Positions 10,240-19,984 of a stretch of DNA of 64,000 bases are shown in pieces. The DNA is taken from NCBI GenBank assembly GCA_963797095.1, contig CAWCNY010000002.1, positions 736,001 through 800,000 of the forward strand, read 5' to 3'. Position 1 is the stretch's first letter; every line of letters starts with the position of its first letter. Both the position numbers and the translations under genes were made by a program. Origin of the DNA: an uncultured Chloroflexia bacterium (lineage in GTDB: Bacteria; Chloroflexota; Chloroflexia; QHBQ01; JADMIH01). The notes below the pieces were generated by a model. The model was not told the DNA's origin. It worked only from the letters and a program-made list of their open reading frames with translations, and made no database searches.

Positions 10240-10728
10240 CTACCGGCTACCGTCTCCAACCACCGTACACGTAGCCTGCCGTATCTCTCCCAGATGATAC
10301 GCCGTATGCACCACGATAGCCCATGCGTTGCTCATCGCATCCCCATCCCAATCTTCAACCCCATTGATGATCTCCCGCACATTACTGTACTTATCCCTCA
10401 ACTTCCCCTTCAGCGCCTCCCACTCCCCATCCGTCACTTCGGTTAGCCACCAGCTTCCTGCCCAATCCACCTTGCCGGGGTCCTCCCCAGGCATGTACTT
10501 CGACAGCACATCCAGGTAAAACCACACGTGCTCCACCTGTCCCGCTATGCTCGCGCACTTTCCACCCACGCGCTTCGAAGCCTCCTCCGCCGTCACCGTC
10601 TCCAAAGTCTCAAACAGCGACGTTCCTCCATCCAGGTATATCCCGTACACCTTCTCGAAAGTCTCGTCCAGAAACTCGTTGAGGTTCTTGGTGAATTGCT
10701 CCACCGAAATCTGTCCCGCTACCTTCAT
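10240..10728 (-). CDS. DinB/YfiT-like four-helix protein
   Basis: SIAGQVEH ... HTAYHLGEIRQ His triad pattern. Confidence 0.7.
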   Translation of the reverse strand: MKVAGQISVEQFTKNLNEFLDETFEKVYGIYLDGGTSLFETLETVTAEEASKRVGGKCASIAGQVEHVWFYLDVLSKYMPGEDPGKVDWAGSWWLTEVTDGEWEALKGKLRDKYSNVREIINGVEDWDGDAMSNAWAIVVHTAYHLGEIRQATCTVVGDGSR

Positions 10729-11135
10729 CTATTTACCTCTCCTTCAAATGAATAATCGAGCGTATAAGAGGCCGTGCTCCCGCTGAACGGAGGGATTTCC
10801 CCTTCGCCCCTCAAACCCGTCAACTCTCCAGTGCCCGACCCCGGCACCACCGACCACACCCCACCCGCCTTGCCGTTCTCAAACTTCCCCCTCAATTCCA
10901 GTACAAAGCTCCCCTCTCTCCCACCGACCTTGCCCTCCACCCTCTGCAACCCCACATAGGTCGCATTCTCCGCGTCAGGGTAAGCCATCAAATACTCCAC
11001 CCACGACTTCCCCTCGATATCCCCCTTAAGCTCAAACGTCACGCTGGCCTTAGTCAGCTTCTGCCCCTCCCCCTCATAATAAGCGCTCTCATCCCACGTC
11101 TTCATCTCAAAAGTCCCTGTACCATGCTCACCCAT
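10725..11135 (-). CDS. DUF3224 domain protein
   Basis: GTFEMKTWDE, GREGSFVL, VVPGSGTGELTGLRGEG. Confidence 0.8.
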   Translation of the reverse strand: MGEHGTGTFEMKTWDESAYYEGEGQKLTKASVTFELKGDIEGKSWVEYLMAYPDAENATYVGLQRVEGKVGGREGSFVLELRGKFENGKAGGVWSVVPGSGTGELTGLRGEGEIPPFSGSTASYTLDYSFEGEVNR

Positions 11136-11185
11136 TGATACACCTCCTGCTTGTGAAACAAAACCTGTAGATCACCACTTTAGCA

Positions 11186-11199
11186 CGAACAAACGTTCA
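11186..11199. promoter_or_regulatory. Putative LexA (Cheo/DinR-type) SOS box
   Basis: CGAAC-AAAC-GTTCA lies in the 17-bp spacer of a minus-strand ATGACT...TAAAGT promoter upstream of DUF3224. Confidence 0.6.
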
Positions 11200-11263
11200 A
11201 GTCATCAGCCTACAGCAGTAACTCATCCTGTCCAATCCGCACTCCGCATTCCGCACTCCGCAC

Positions 11264-12433
11264 TCACCCCACCTTCCTCCCCATTGCCCGCACTCCCCTG
11301 ATCTCCATATCCTCCTTCCCCACAACCACCACATCCCCGTCCATCCCTTCCCCAATCCTCCCCTTCGTCCCCAGCTTCAATACCGCCGCCGTGTTGCTCG
11401 TCCAGCAAGGCAATATCTCCTCCACCCCCAACCCGAAATCCCGCACACCCCGCACAAACGCATCCCACACGGTATGCACCCCCTTGCTGGTCCCCGCCCC
11501 GCCATCCGACGATACCGTCAGCTTATCCAACGGCCCCCCATTATCCCTGTAATGCAGATACAACTCCCCGAAATCATCGTCAATCGTATCCATATCCACG
11601 TAAGCCCCCCTCTTAGCCAGCCTGATTGCGTCCTCGATCAACTCCTTGCTCCGCGTAATATGCGTGGCATAAACCACCCGAGCCGGGATCTCCTCGTACT
11701 CGTCCAGCACCCTGTGCAATATCCCCAGCTTCTCCTTCCCCGCTCCCGTATGAAAATGCGTCACCCCTGCCTTCCCCGACATAGTCCCGCCCACCATCGC
11801 CTCCGACACGATCCGTGCCAGCTCTCCCACGCTCGGCTTCGACGACCTGTAATCCGCGATCGCGATCTCCCCCACCCCGATCACCTTGTCGATCACCACC
11901 ACATCATCCCTTACCGATCCCGTAAACGTCACAGTCGGCACCTGGAAGTTCCCTGTGTAGATCCACGTAGTGATCCCTCCCCTATCCTCACCTTCGCCCT
12001 CATCCTCCCCGTTCGGCTTCCAACCCTTCATCCCCACCCCCAACTCGCTCGCGAACGGCCCCCGGTCCCCGATCTCCAATGCCCGTGCCTTAGCCAGCAG
12101 TGAAGTCAAATGCCGGGTGGTCGCGTCCGTCCCCAACAGCCCCACCACCGTAGTGATCCCCGCCCTCACAATATCCCCCAACTCGATCTCCCCCATCCGC
12201 GTCTGCGGCCCTGCCTCTCCACCCGCCCCCAGGATATGCTGGTGCGGATCGATAAACCCCGGCAGCACCCAGCACCCTCCCGCCTCCACCACCTCCAACC
12301 CCAACCCCGTAGCCTCCAATGCCCTCCGGTCCACCTTCCCCACCTTCACAATTTTCCCGCCAGCCAACAGCAAGTCCACCCGCCCTATGGCCTCAGGTCC
12401 GAAAACCTCTCCGCCTCTGATCAAAGTAAACAT
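11264..12433 (-). CDS. iadA: Isoaspartyl dipeptidase (beta-aspartyl peptidase)
   Basis: PGFIDPHQHILGAGGEAG, GITTVVGLLGTD, GEIAIAD, SSDG; GGAGG RBS before ATG 12433. Confidence 0.85.
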   Translation of the reverse strand: MFTLIRGGEVFGPEAIGRVDLLLAGGKIVKVGKVDRRALEATGLGLEVVEAGGCWVLPGFIDPHQHILGAGGEAGPQTRMGEIELGDIVRAGITTVVGLLGTDATTRHLTSLLAKARALEIGDRGPFASELGVGMKGWKPNGEDEGEGEDRGGITTWIYTGNFQVPTVTFTGSVRDDVVVIDKVIGVGEIAIADYRSSKPSVGELARIVSEAMVGGTMSGKAGVTHFHTGAGKEKLGILHRVLDEYEEIPARVVYATHITRSKELIEDAIRLAKRGAYVDMDTIDDDFGELYLHYRDNGGPLDKLTVSSDGGAGTSKGVHTVWDAFVRGVRDFGLGVEEILPCWTSNTAAVLKLGTKGRIGEGMDGDVVVVGKEDMEIRGVRAMGRKVG

Positions 12434-12729
12434 AGCCAAACCTCCCGGTACAATGTGCACCTTGTTAGAAACGCTTTCCTCTGTGTTGTATTATTGCTGT
12501 ATATTAGCCGTAGGGCTGCGCCTCTTCAACATCCTCCCCGCCTACCTGCCAATACTCCGGGGAGTATCATATGAATCATAGCTCCTCCCTTGAATATCTA
12601 CATTTTCTCCACAGCTACAGGTGCTGGCACAAATGTTACCATACCCGGAGGCCATTCTTGTAAGGATGGCACGACCCTTGCCTACACAATTGCAGGACCG
12701 GTCGGCCCAGGCGAAATTAGCCGCCGGCC

Positions 12730-13119
12730 ATGCCCGGAAGTGGAATGCTCATCAGGATTAAGCTACTGAAAACGATCCTCATAATCGAAGATGAGCGCGT
12801 CATCGCTGAAGTTATTAGCGCTGTGCTGGAAGACGAAGGATATCAGGTCCACATTGCCGACAACGGCAAGCAGGGCCTTGACCACCTTGAGGAAATCAAG
12901 CCTGACCTCGTGCTGTGTGATCTCATGATGCCCGTAGCCGACGGCAAAGCCGTTGCCCGCGCCATGTCCTCCGACCCTGCCTATCGCACCATCCCCCTCA
13001 TCCTGATGAGCGCAGACGGTTCAGCCCCCACAGAACCCGGTATCCACTACTCCGCCTTCCTTCGCAAACCCTTCGACCTCAACCAGCTAATCTCAGTAGT
13101 ACATCGCTGTGTAGCCTAA
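12730..13119 (+). CDS. Single-domain response regulator (receiver only); start codon uncertain
   Basis: IIEDE, DLVLCDLMMP, SA, KPF. Confidence 0.85.
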   Translation: MPGSGMLIRIKLLKTILIIEDERVIAEVISAVLEDEGYQVHIADNGKQGLDHLEEIKPDLVLCDLMMPVADGKAVARAMSSDPAYRTIPLILMSADGSAPTEPGIHYSAFLRKPFDLNQLISVVHRCVA

Positions 13120-13149
13120 CCAACCCTCCACTCACTCACACACAACAGT

Positions 13150-13299
13150 CACTCGCCACTCGCCACTCGCCACTCGCCACTCGTCCTCCGACTACCGACT
13201 ACCGACTACCGACTACCGACTACCGACTACCGACTACCGACTACCGACTACCGACTACCGACTACCGACTACCGACTACCGACTACCGACTACCGACTA
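13150..13299 (+). repeat. Heptamer tandem arrays: (CACTCGY)x5 then (CCGACTA)x16
   Basis: Direct reading; the CCGACTA array spans 13188-13299 and ends 8 nt before ATG 13308. Confidence 0.97.
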
Positions 13300-13307
13300 C
13301 CACCCAA

Positions 13308-14381
13308 ATGCTCTCCCTCCCCCCCGACCTGGAATCCGCCATCGCCCAATCCCTTCGCTCTCTCCCCAGATCCCAATGGCAAGCCGCCGCCCGCCGCCTC
13401 AGCCGACACTACCGCGACCGCGAAACCACCATCCGCCACGGCACGCCTCCTTCCTCAATCCAAAATCCAAGATCTAAAATCCAAAATGAAGAGGCTCTGG
13501 GCTACGCAGCCTTCGTCCTCCCCGCCGCCTACGCCCAACTCTGGGGAGCCTTGCGCGCCACCGCCCTCCGCATCCCCTCCTTCCACCCCACCACCCTACT
13601 CGACCTCGGCTCCGGCCCCGGCACCGCCCTCTGGGCCGCCGTCGAACACTTCCCCTCTCTCACCACCCTCCATGCCTACGAGCGCGAGCCTGCCTTCATC
13701 TCCCTCGGCAAAACCCTCGCCCAATCCTCCCCCCACCCCGCCCTCCGCCAAGCCCACTGGCGCCAACTCACCTTCACCCACACCCACACCCTGCCCCTTC
13801 CCCCACCCAATAAGCAGTACGCAGTAAGCAATACGCAGTACGACCTGATCATCATCGCCCACGCCCTCAACGAGATGGACCCCTCCATCCGCGAAGCCCT
13901 CCTCCTCTCCGCCTGGGAGCAGTGTTCCGGCCTCCTTCTCATAGTCGAACCCGGCACCACCGCTGCCTTCCCTATCATCCTCCAGGCCCGCGACCTCCTA
14001 CTCTCTCACTCCGCCCATGTGATCGCTCCATGCGCCCACAACCTCCCCTGTCCCCTTCCCTCAGCCGATCCCAATGATTGGTGCCACTTCCCCCAGCGCC
14101 TCCAACGTCCCCAGTTCCAGCGCATCGCCAAAGAAGCCACCGCAGGCTGGGAAGAATCCAAGTTCTCCTACAGTGCCCTCGCCCGCTTCCCAGCCGAATC
14201 CCCCATCTGGGGCCGCCTCCTCCACCAACCCCAACAAACAAAAATCGGCGTAGACCTCACAGTCTCCGCCGTCGACACCACTATCCATCACCCCCACATC
14301 TCCAAACGCGACCGCCCACGCTACAAAGCCGCCTCCGATCTCCACTGGGGCGACCCCCTCGATGCCCCTATAGAATCGTAA
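13308..14381 (+). CDS. Rsm22 family SAM-dependent methyltransferase
   Basis: LLDLGSGPGT, LIVEPGT, APCAHNLPCP...WCHF, EESKFSY. Confidence 0.85.
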   Translation: MLSLPPDLESAIAQSLRSLPRSQWQAAARRLSRHYRDRETTIRHGTPPSSIQNPRSKIQNEEALGYAAFVLPAAYAQLWGALRATALRIPSFHPTTLLDLGSGPGTALWAAVEHFPSLTTLHAYEREPAFISLGKTLAQSSPHPALRQAHWRQLTFTHTHTLPLPPPNKQYAVSNTQYDLIIIAHALNEMDPSIREALLLSAWEQCSGLLLIVEPGTTAAFPIILQARDLLLSHSAHVIAPCAHNLPCPLPSADPNDWCHFPQRLQRPQFQRIAKEATAGWEESKFSYSALARFPAESPIWGRLLHQPQQTKIGVDLTVSAVDTTIHHPHISKRDRPRYKAASDLHWGDPLDAPIES

Positions 14382-14433
14382 GCCGCATACGAACATGAAA
14401 CATCCCGGATTTTAGATGCAGCTTCGCATAGGT

Positions 14434-14504
14434 ACAACCTGATTCTAAAAAGGCAATAATGGCGGCGAAGTTGCCATCTTTGCCTTTTTAGGAAGCCCCT
14501 CCCC
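14434..14504. repeat. About 70-bp palindromic repeat, copy 2
   Basis: TTCTAAAAAGGCAATAATGGCGGCG...TGCCTTTTTAGGAAGCCCCTCCCC, similar to the 5661 copy. Confidence 0.7.
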
Positions 14505-14526
14505 TTAGGTGGTGGGTCTTTGGTTG

Positions 14527-15360
14527 CTATGCTCTACCCAGCACATATCTCGCCCTACTGGGAATGCGATATCCGCCGCTCTCCGTCTTATAAGGCTCAA
14601 GCGCCTCTTTCACCAGAGGAAACACCATGTCCCTCCCGTAAGCCTTCAAAATCCTCACCCCCGGCGCGAACGACATCCCCCCTCGAAACGCCGTCTCCAG
14701 GTCGGGATACACCCAATCGCACTCCACCTCCTTCTCGTCGACTACCTCGATCCCAACCTCCCCCATAAACCGCGCTATAGCCTCAGGGTCCGAAAAGATC
14801 ACCCTCGGTGCCTTCGACCCCAGCCCCGATGTCTTCTCCCTCATCTCCATCAACTTCGAATAAAACGCCCCCATCCCGCCCGGCCCGCTGCTCCTTGCTC
14901 CTGTCAAAATCGCTACCATCCCACCCGGCTTGCTAACCCGCTTCATCTCCGCCAGCGTCCCCGCCGGGTCCATCGAATATTGCAAGGCACTGCAGCAACT
15001 CACCAGGTCGTACATTCCATCCCCAAACGGCAGTTGCTCCATCTCCCCCAGCCGTAAATCGCCCCCAGGCAGCCGCTCCCGCGCCACCTCCAATTGGCCC
15101 GTCGAAGCGTCCAACCCCGCCACCGAGGCCCCGCGCTCCTTCGCCAGCACCAGGAACAGCCCTGTTCCACACCCCACGTCCAGCACACTCTTTCCGGGCC
15201 CTACCTCGGCCTTCTCAAGTACCGTCTCAAAAATCGGGCGATTGGTCCCTTCCTGCGCCTCGGCCCAATCGCGCGCCGCCGCCCCCCAGGCTCCATCCCT
15301 TCCGGGCCTGGCATTCGTATTGACATAACTATTGGCACCATTACTATTTTCAATATTCAC
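14527..15360 (-). CDS. Class I SAM-dependent methyltransferase
   Basis: VLDVGCGTG, GLDAS, LPFGDGMYDLV, RVSKPGG. Confidence 0.88.
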   Translation of the reverse strand: MNIENSNGANSYVNTNARPGRDGAWGAAARDWAEAQEGTNRPIFETVLEKAEVGPGKSVLDVGCGTGLFLVLAKERGASVAGLDASTGQLEVARERLPGGDLRLGEMEQLPFGDGMYDLVSCCSALQYSMDPAGTLAEMKRVSKPGGMVAILTGARSSGPGGMGAFYSKLMEMREKTSGLGSKAPRVIFSDPEAIARFMGEVGIEVVDEKEVECDWVYPDLETAFRGGMSFAPGVRILKAYGRDMVFPLVKEALEPYKTESGGYRIPSRARYVLGRA

Positions 15361-15486
15361 AAGAAATCTCCCTTTCTTTCAAATCTCTAACAAGACAACA
15401 GGACCCCTTGCAAAGTCCCTCGTTCCCAACTATACCCTCCTCAACCCCCACTGCCTACCGACAAACAATCCGAAATCCGCTCCACC

Positions 15487-15588
15487 ACTCACCACCCACC
15501 ACCCACCACCCACCACCCACCACCCACCACCCACCGCTCGTCACTCGTCACTCGTCGCTAGTCACTCGTCCTCCGACTACCGACTACC
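15487..15588 (+). repeat. Mixed heptamer repeat tract (CCACCCA, CACTCGT, CCGACTA)
   Basis: Direct reading of the intergenic region. Confidence 0.85.
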
Positions 15589-16495
15589 AATTACTCCAGG
15601 TAGCCTGCGAGCTCTTAACCAACCTGTTCCCCTTATCCTCCAGGTGCGCGAACGCCAACTCGATAGCGATCCGGCCCGGCCCGTACATCCGCAGCCAGAT
15701 ATACCGCTCGCCCCAGCTACGCCACGACCTCCACGTCCCGGCAGGCTTCTCAAAGTGCAGGTGCATCTGCACCGTATAATCTTTGAACAGCAGCGCGGTT
15801 GGCTTCACAAGGATTGTCTCTCCCTGCGCCAGCACCCGCGTGAACACATTCCCCTTCGCCTGTATCAGCACCAACCCCGGAGCCTGTGGCGCGTAAAACC
15901 TATCCATAAACATCCCCAGCGGATAATGCGTTTCCGTCTCATCCCCGTTTCGCGTAGTAAACCAGATATTCGAGTTGAACCAATCATAAGTAACCTGGCT
16001 GGTAGCCACCATAAACACATGCTCCCGCGTGTCTACGGCCTGCCCCGCCTGCAAAGGCAGCGCTATCACCTCGCCCGGCGCATCATGCGAGAACGCGATA
16101 TGCCCCGGCCCAACCGCCTCAGTCATAATAAGCGGCAGCCCCGCGAACAACCTCTTCCACCCTCCCTTCATCGACATCGACCTGATCGTAACCTGTGGCT
16201 CCTTCCACAGCAGCACATGGTGCGTAAAATACACGCTGTCCCCTGCCGCCAGGTTCATATCCGCCACCGGCACATACTTACCCTCGATCTGGCAGTGCGA
16301 CTGCCCGAATTGCAGCCGCGCCATATCCTTGATCCCAGGCATCTCCAGCCACCCACTCTGCGAAACGATCACCTTAATATCCACAGGCGCACCGCAAGAA
16401 GGACAGCTATCCGTAGTACCACTACTAACAGCCGCACAATAAGGACACCGGTAACTACGCACAGGCTGCTGCCCGGCCATTCCAACATCACCCAT
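15584..16495 (-). CDS. AIM24 (DUF124) family protein with N-terminal zinc ribbon
   Basis: CPYC...CPSCGAP, GGWKRLFAG, GPGHIAF, GPGRIAIE; GGAGG RBS before ATG 16495. Confidence 0.8.
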   Translation of the reverse strand: MGDVGMAGQQPVRSYRCPYCAAVSSGTTDSCPSCGAPVDIKVIVSQSGWLEMPGIKDMARLQFGQSHCQIEGKYVPVADMNLAAGDSVYFTHHVLLWKEPQVTIRSMSMKGGWKRLFAGLPLIMTEAVGPGHIAFSHDAPGEVIALPLQAGQAVDTREHVFMVATSQVTYDWFNSNIWFTTRNGDETETHYPLGMFMDRFYAPQAPGLVLIQAKGNVFTRVLAQGETILVKPTALLFKDYTVQMHLHFEKPAGTWRSWRSWGERYIWLRMYGPGRIAIELAFAHLEDKGNRLVKSSQATWSNW

Positions 16496-16530
16496 AACAA
16501 CCTCCCAACTACCAACCATCAGCAACTGGT

Positions 16531-16572
16531 CACTCGTCACTCGTCACTCGTCACTCGTCACTCGTCACTCGC
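16531..16572 (+). repeat. (CACTCGY)x6 tandem heptamer
   Basis: Direct reading, between the two AIM24 genes. Confidence 0.95.
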
Positions 16573-17384
16573 TACTCCGTATTATGGTGCACATACATAG
16601 ACTGTATCCCAAGCCTCCCCGGCCCCGTCATCCTCACAAGATTGATCTTATGCGCCCCGAACAATCCCTGGCTGATAGGGATCGCCTCCACATTCATCTG
16701 CACCGAAGCGTCCTTATACAAAAACGCCCCAGGCTCGATCTGAATACTCTCCCCCGGCTGTAACATCTTCTCAAACACATTCCCATACCCATGCAGCAGC
16801 AACAACCCCGGCTCATTCCCGGTCACGAACCGGTCCATAAAAGCCCCTTGCCCGCCAAACAAAATATTCCGCAACCCCTGTATCCGCACATACGAATAAT
16901 TGATATGGTGTGAGGCCAGCACAAAAGCGTGCTCTCTCACATCCAACTCAATCCCAGGGTGCAGGGGCATCACCACCAGCTCTCCCGTCGCATCCCGCGA
17001 AAACGCCACCCGTCCCGGCCCATGTGCCAGGCTGATAACGAACGGCATCCCTGCCAGCGCCCTCTTACCCAATCCCCCCGCCAGCGGCATCACCGACACC
17101 GGCACCCGGTCTTCCTTCCATAGCAACACGTGGTGCTCAAAAAACACCGCGTCCCCCTGCGCTATATTCATCTCAGCCACCGGCACGATCTCTCCCTCCA
17201 CCTGGCACGTGCTGTTCCCGAAATGTATCTCCGTCATATCCCGGATACGCGGGGCTTCCCTCCACCCCGACTCGCTTACCAAATTCTTAATATCGAGCGG
17301 TGCCCCGCAAGCCCAACAGCTAAGCGCGTTAGGGTAATTCTGACTCCGGCACCACTCACAAACAATCCTCTGCAAAGTATCCAT
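16572..17384 (-). CDS. AIM24 (DUF124) family protein with N-terminal zinc ribbon
   Basis: CEWC...CWACGAP, LFGGQGAF, TGPGRLGIQSM. Confidence 0.85.
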   Translation of the reverse strand: MDTLQRIVCEWCRSQNYPNALSCWACGAPLDIKNLVSESGWREAPRIRDMTEIHFGNSTCQVEGEIVPVAEMNIAQGDAVFFEHHVLLWKEDRVPVSVMPLAGGLGKRALAGMPFVISLAHGPGRVAFSRDATGELVVMPLHPGIELDVREHAFVLASHHINYSYVRIQGLRNILFGGQGAFMDRFVTGNEPGLLLLHGYGNVFEKMLQPGESIQIEPGAFLYKDASVQMNVEAIPISQGLFGAHKINLVRMTGPGRLGIQSMYVHHNTE

Positions 17385-17576
17385 GCAAACCCCCCAAAAA
17401 TAATGCAATTGGGCCTAGCCGTGTGCCCATAACAATATACCCCTATAGCCCCGCAAGGCCAACCCTAAAATGCGATCCTCGAATTTCGAACCCCTATTCC
17501 AAACTCCGCACTCCGCACTAAAGAATCCTTCGCCAACTCTTCGCCTCTTCGTGTTCCAAAATCCAAAATCCAAAAT

Positions 17577-18968
17577 TCACCTCATCAGCCTCCGCACAGC
17601 CCGATTATGCTCCTCCAACAACCATCTCATCTCCACCCCCACCAACTGCCCCTCCCACACCCTCACCTCCCCATTGATCACACTGAACTCCACATTAGGC
17701 GGATGGCAAAACACCAGCGCCGCCAGCGCATCGTGCACCGCCCCGCCCGCCATCCCCAGCGTATCCACCCTGTACCCAACCAGGTCCGCCGCCATCCCCT
17801 CGGCCAGGTACCCCACATCTTCCCTCCCAAGCACCTCTGCCCCTCCCCTGGTCGCCATCCTCAACACCCCTCGCGCCGTGGTCGCTCCGGGACTTCCCAC
17901 CATCGTCCACCTTCCTCCCTCCCCGGTCCACTCCCCAACCAGCCTGTGTACCAGCAACGCCTGCCTCGCTTCCGCTAGCAAATGCGACCCATCGTTCGAT
18001 GCCGACCCATCTACTCCCAACCCCACTCGCGCCCCCGCCCTCAATAACTCTCTCACCGGCGCGATCCCCGACCCCAATCGCATATTCGACGTAGGACAAT
18101 GTGCCACCCCCGTCCACGTCCCGCCCAACCTCTCTATCTCCTCCGACGATGGGTGCACCATATGCGCGTGCCACACGTCCTTCCCCACCCATCCCAACTC
18201 CTCCGCGAACTCCACCGGCGACTTCCCGAACTTCGCCCTGCAATAGTCGTCCTCATCCCGCGTCTCCGCCAGATGCGTATGCGCGTGCACTCCATAAGCC
18301 CGCGCCATCTTGATGCTCTCCCTCATCAAATCCGCTGACACCGTAAAAGGCGAGCATGGCGCGACCACCACCCTCAACATCGACCCCCAACCCCTATCGT
18401 GATAAGTCTCGATCACCCGCATCGAATCGCTCAAAATCACCGCCTCGTTCTCCACCACCCTATCCGGCGGCAATCCCCCCTTGCTTTCCCCCACCGACAT
18501 CGACCCCCGCGCCGCGTGAAACCTCACCCCCATCTCCTGTGCCGCCATGATCTGGTCGTCCACCCTCGACCCGTTCGGCCAGATATACCCGTGGTCGTTC
18601 GTCGTCGTACACCCCGACAGCATCAACTCCGCGATGGCCGTCTTCGCGCTCACATACACCGCCTCAGGCGTCAAATTAGCCCACACCGGGTACAACGTCC
18701 TCAACCAGTCGAACAGCACCGCGTTCTGCGCCCCCGGCAAACACCGAGTCAAAGTCTGCACAAAGTGATGGTGCGTATTCACCAACCCCGGCATAACCAC
18801 CATCCCCCGCGCATCAATTACCCGGTCCGCCTCCTTTGGGAGCCTCTCCGAAGGTCCCACCCCCTTTATCACATTCCCCTCAACATACACCCCACCATCA
18901 GCCCACTCCCGACCATCATCATCAAACGTAGCCACCAACACAGCATTGTTCACCAGCAAACTACCCAT
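17577..18968 (-). CDS. 8-oxoguanine deaminase-like amidohydrolase
   Basis: PGLVNTHHHF, PCSPF, HTHLAE, HCPTSNMRLGSG, GVDGSASND. Confidence 0.85.
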   Translation of the reverse strand: MGSLLVNNAVLVATFDDDGREWADGGVYVEGNVIKGVGPSERLPKEADRVIDARGMVVMPGLVNTHHHFVQTLTRCLPGAQNAVLFDWLRTLYPVWANLTPEAVYVSAKTAIAELMLSGCTTTNDHGYIWPNGSRVDDQIMAAQEMGVRFHAARGSMSVGESKGGLPPDRVVENEAVILSDSMRVIETYHDRGWGSMLRVVVAPCSPFTVSADLMRESIKMARAYGVHAHTHLAETRDEDDYCRAKFGKSPVEFAEELGWVGKDVWHAHMVHPSSEEIERLGGTWTGVAHCPTSNMRLGSGIAPVRELLRAGARVGLGVDGSASNDGSHLLAEARQALLVHRLVGEWTGEGGRWTMVGSPGATTARGVLRMATRGGAEVLGREDVGYLAEGMAADLVGYRVDTLGMAGGAVHDALAALVFCHPPNVEFSVINGEVRVWEGQLVGVEMRWLLEEHNRAVRRLMR

Positions 18969-19096
18969 CTCAATACCTCCCCTCCCAACCTCAAACCTCA
19001 AACTCCACACTCCTCATTCCACACTCCCAAAGAACCTTCGTGGCCTTCGTCCACTCTTCGCCTCTTCGTGTACCAAAATCCCAAAATCCAAAATTC

Positions 19097-19645
19097 CTAC
19101 TGCACCATCCCGAACCTCTTCCCCTTCTTCGTCATCCTCACAAAATACCTCAACCTTTTCTCAAACTCCTCCGGCCTCCCCCGCGCCCCCTCTATCCACC
19201 CCACCCTGATCCTCCTATAACTCTCCGGAAACCGCTCATAATTCTCCCAAACCTCAGGGTCCTCCCGCAAAACCTCCAAAATATCCTCCGCCACCACAAA
19301 CTCCTCCTCCAATGCATCCCCCAGCGCCTCCAACCCCGTCTTCGTCATCTTCCCCGCCTCAATCAACCGCCTCGCCCTCTCCTTATTCATCGGCGACCAC
19401 CCACTCCTGGCTCCTCTCGGCGTAAATCTCTGCGCAAACCTCTCCCCGTCGATATCCTTATTAGTGCTATCTATCCACCCAAAACAAAGCGCCTCCTCCA
19501 CCGCATCGTTATAAGCGATCCGCCCCTTGCCGCTTCCCTTCCGATAATAAACCAGCCACACGTCCGGCTCCCGATCGTGATTCTCCTCCAACCACGCCCG
19601 CCACTCCTCCCTATCCGTAACATACAGCGTCTTCGTAATCTCCAT
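19097..19645 (-). CDS. YdeI/OmpD-associated family protein
   Basis: WRAWLEENH, AVEEALCFGWID, FTPR..S.WS..NK. Confidence 0.88.
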   Translation of the reverse strand: MEITKTLYVTDREEWRAWLEENHDREPDVWLVYYRKGSGKGRIAYNDAVEEALCFGWIDSTNKDIDGERFAQRFTPRGARSGWSPMNKERARRLIEAGKMTKTGLEALGDALEEEFVVAEDILEVLREDPEVWENYERFPESYRRIRVGWIEGARGRPEEFEKRLRYFVRMTKKGKRFGMVQ

Positions 19646-19751
19646 AACAAACCACCTCTCCCAATCTCGCAGCCTCAATGCCTATCTTACAATATCGCCC
19701 AAACCAGACGTAAGTGCCCACAATACAACCGGAAGAACCCAATTAGAGACA

Positions 19752-19805
19752 AGTCCCGGAGGGATGAAAGAACGTAGCCCAATGCCAAAGCCCTGTGGAT
19801 GACGC
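19752..19805. repeat. Single degenerate unit of the 4243/39891 REP family
   Basis: AGTCCCGGAGGGATG...TAGCCC...AAGCCCTGTGGAT. Confidence 0.6.
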
Positions 19806-19984
19806 ACTCCACCCTCTGCTTAGCCCTGCATGGCCCCAAGCACTCAGGAATCGCCTGGGAAAATATGACCACCCATCTACGCTAAAAGGAAATAACAAGC
19901 CCAACCACAAATAACTGGCTTGTTCCCACCCCCACAAAATCCTTCGTGCCCCTCCCTAACCCCTTTCCCTATCGAATCGCCACT

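Noticed and set aside
13150-13299. Possible CRISPR array
   Set aside because: Pure 7-nt tandem repeat without unique spacers; no cas genes in the window
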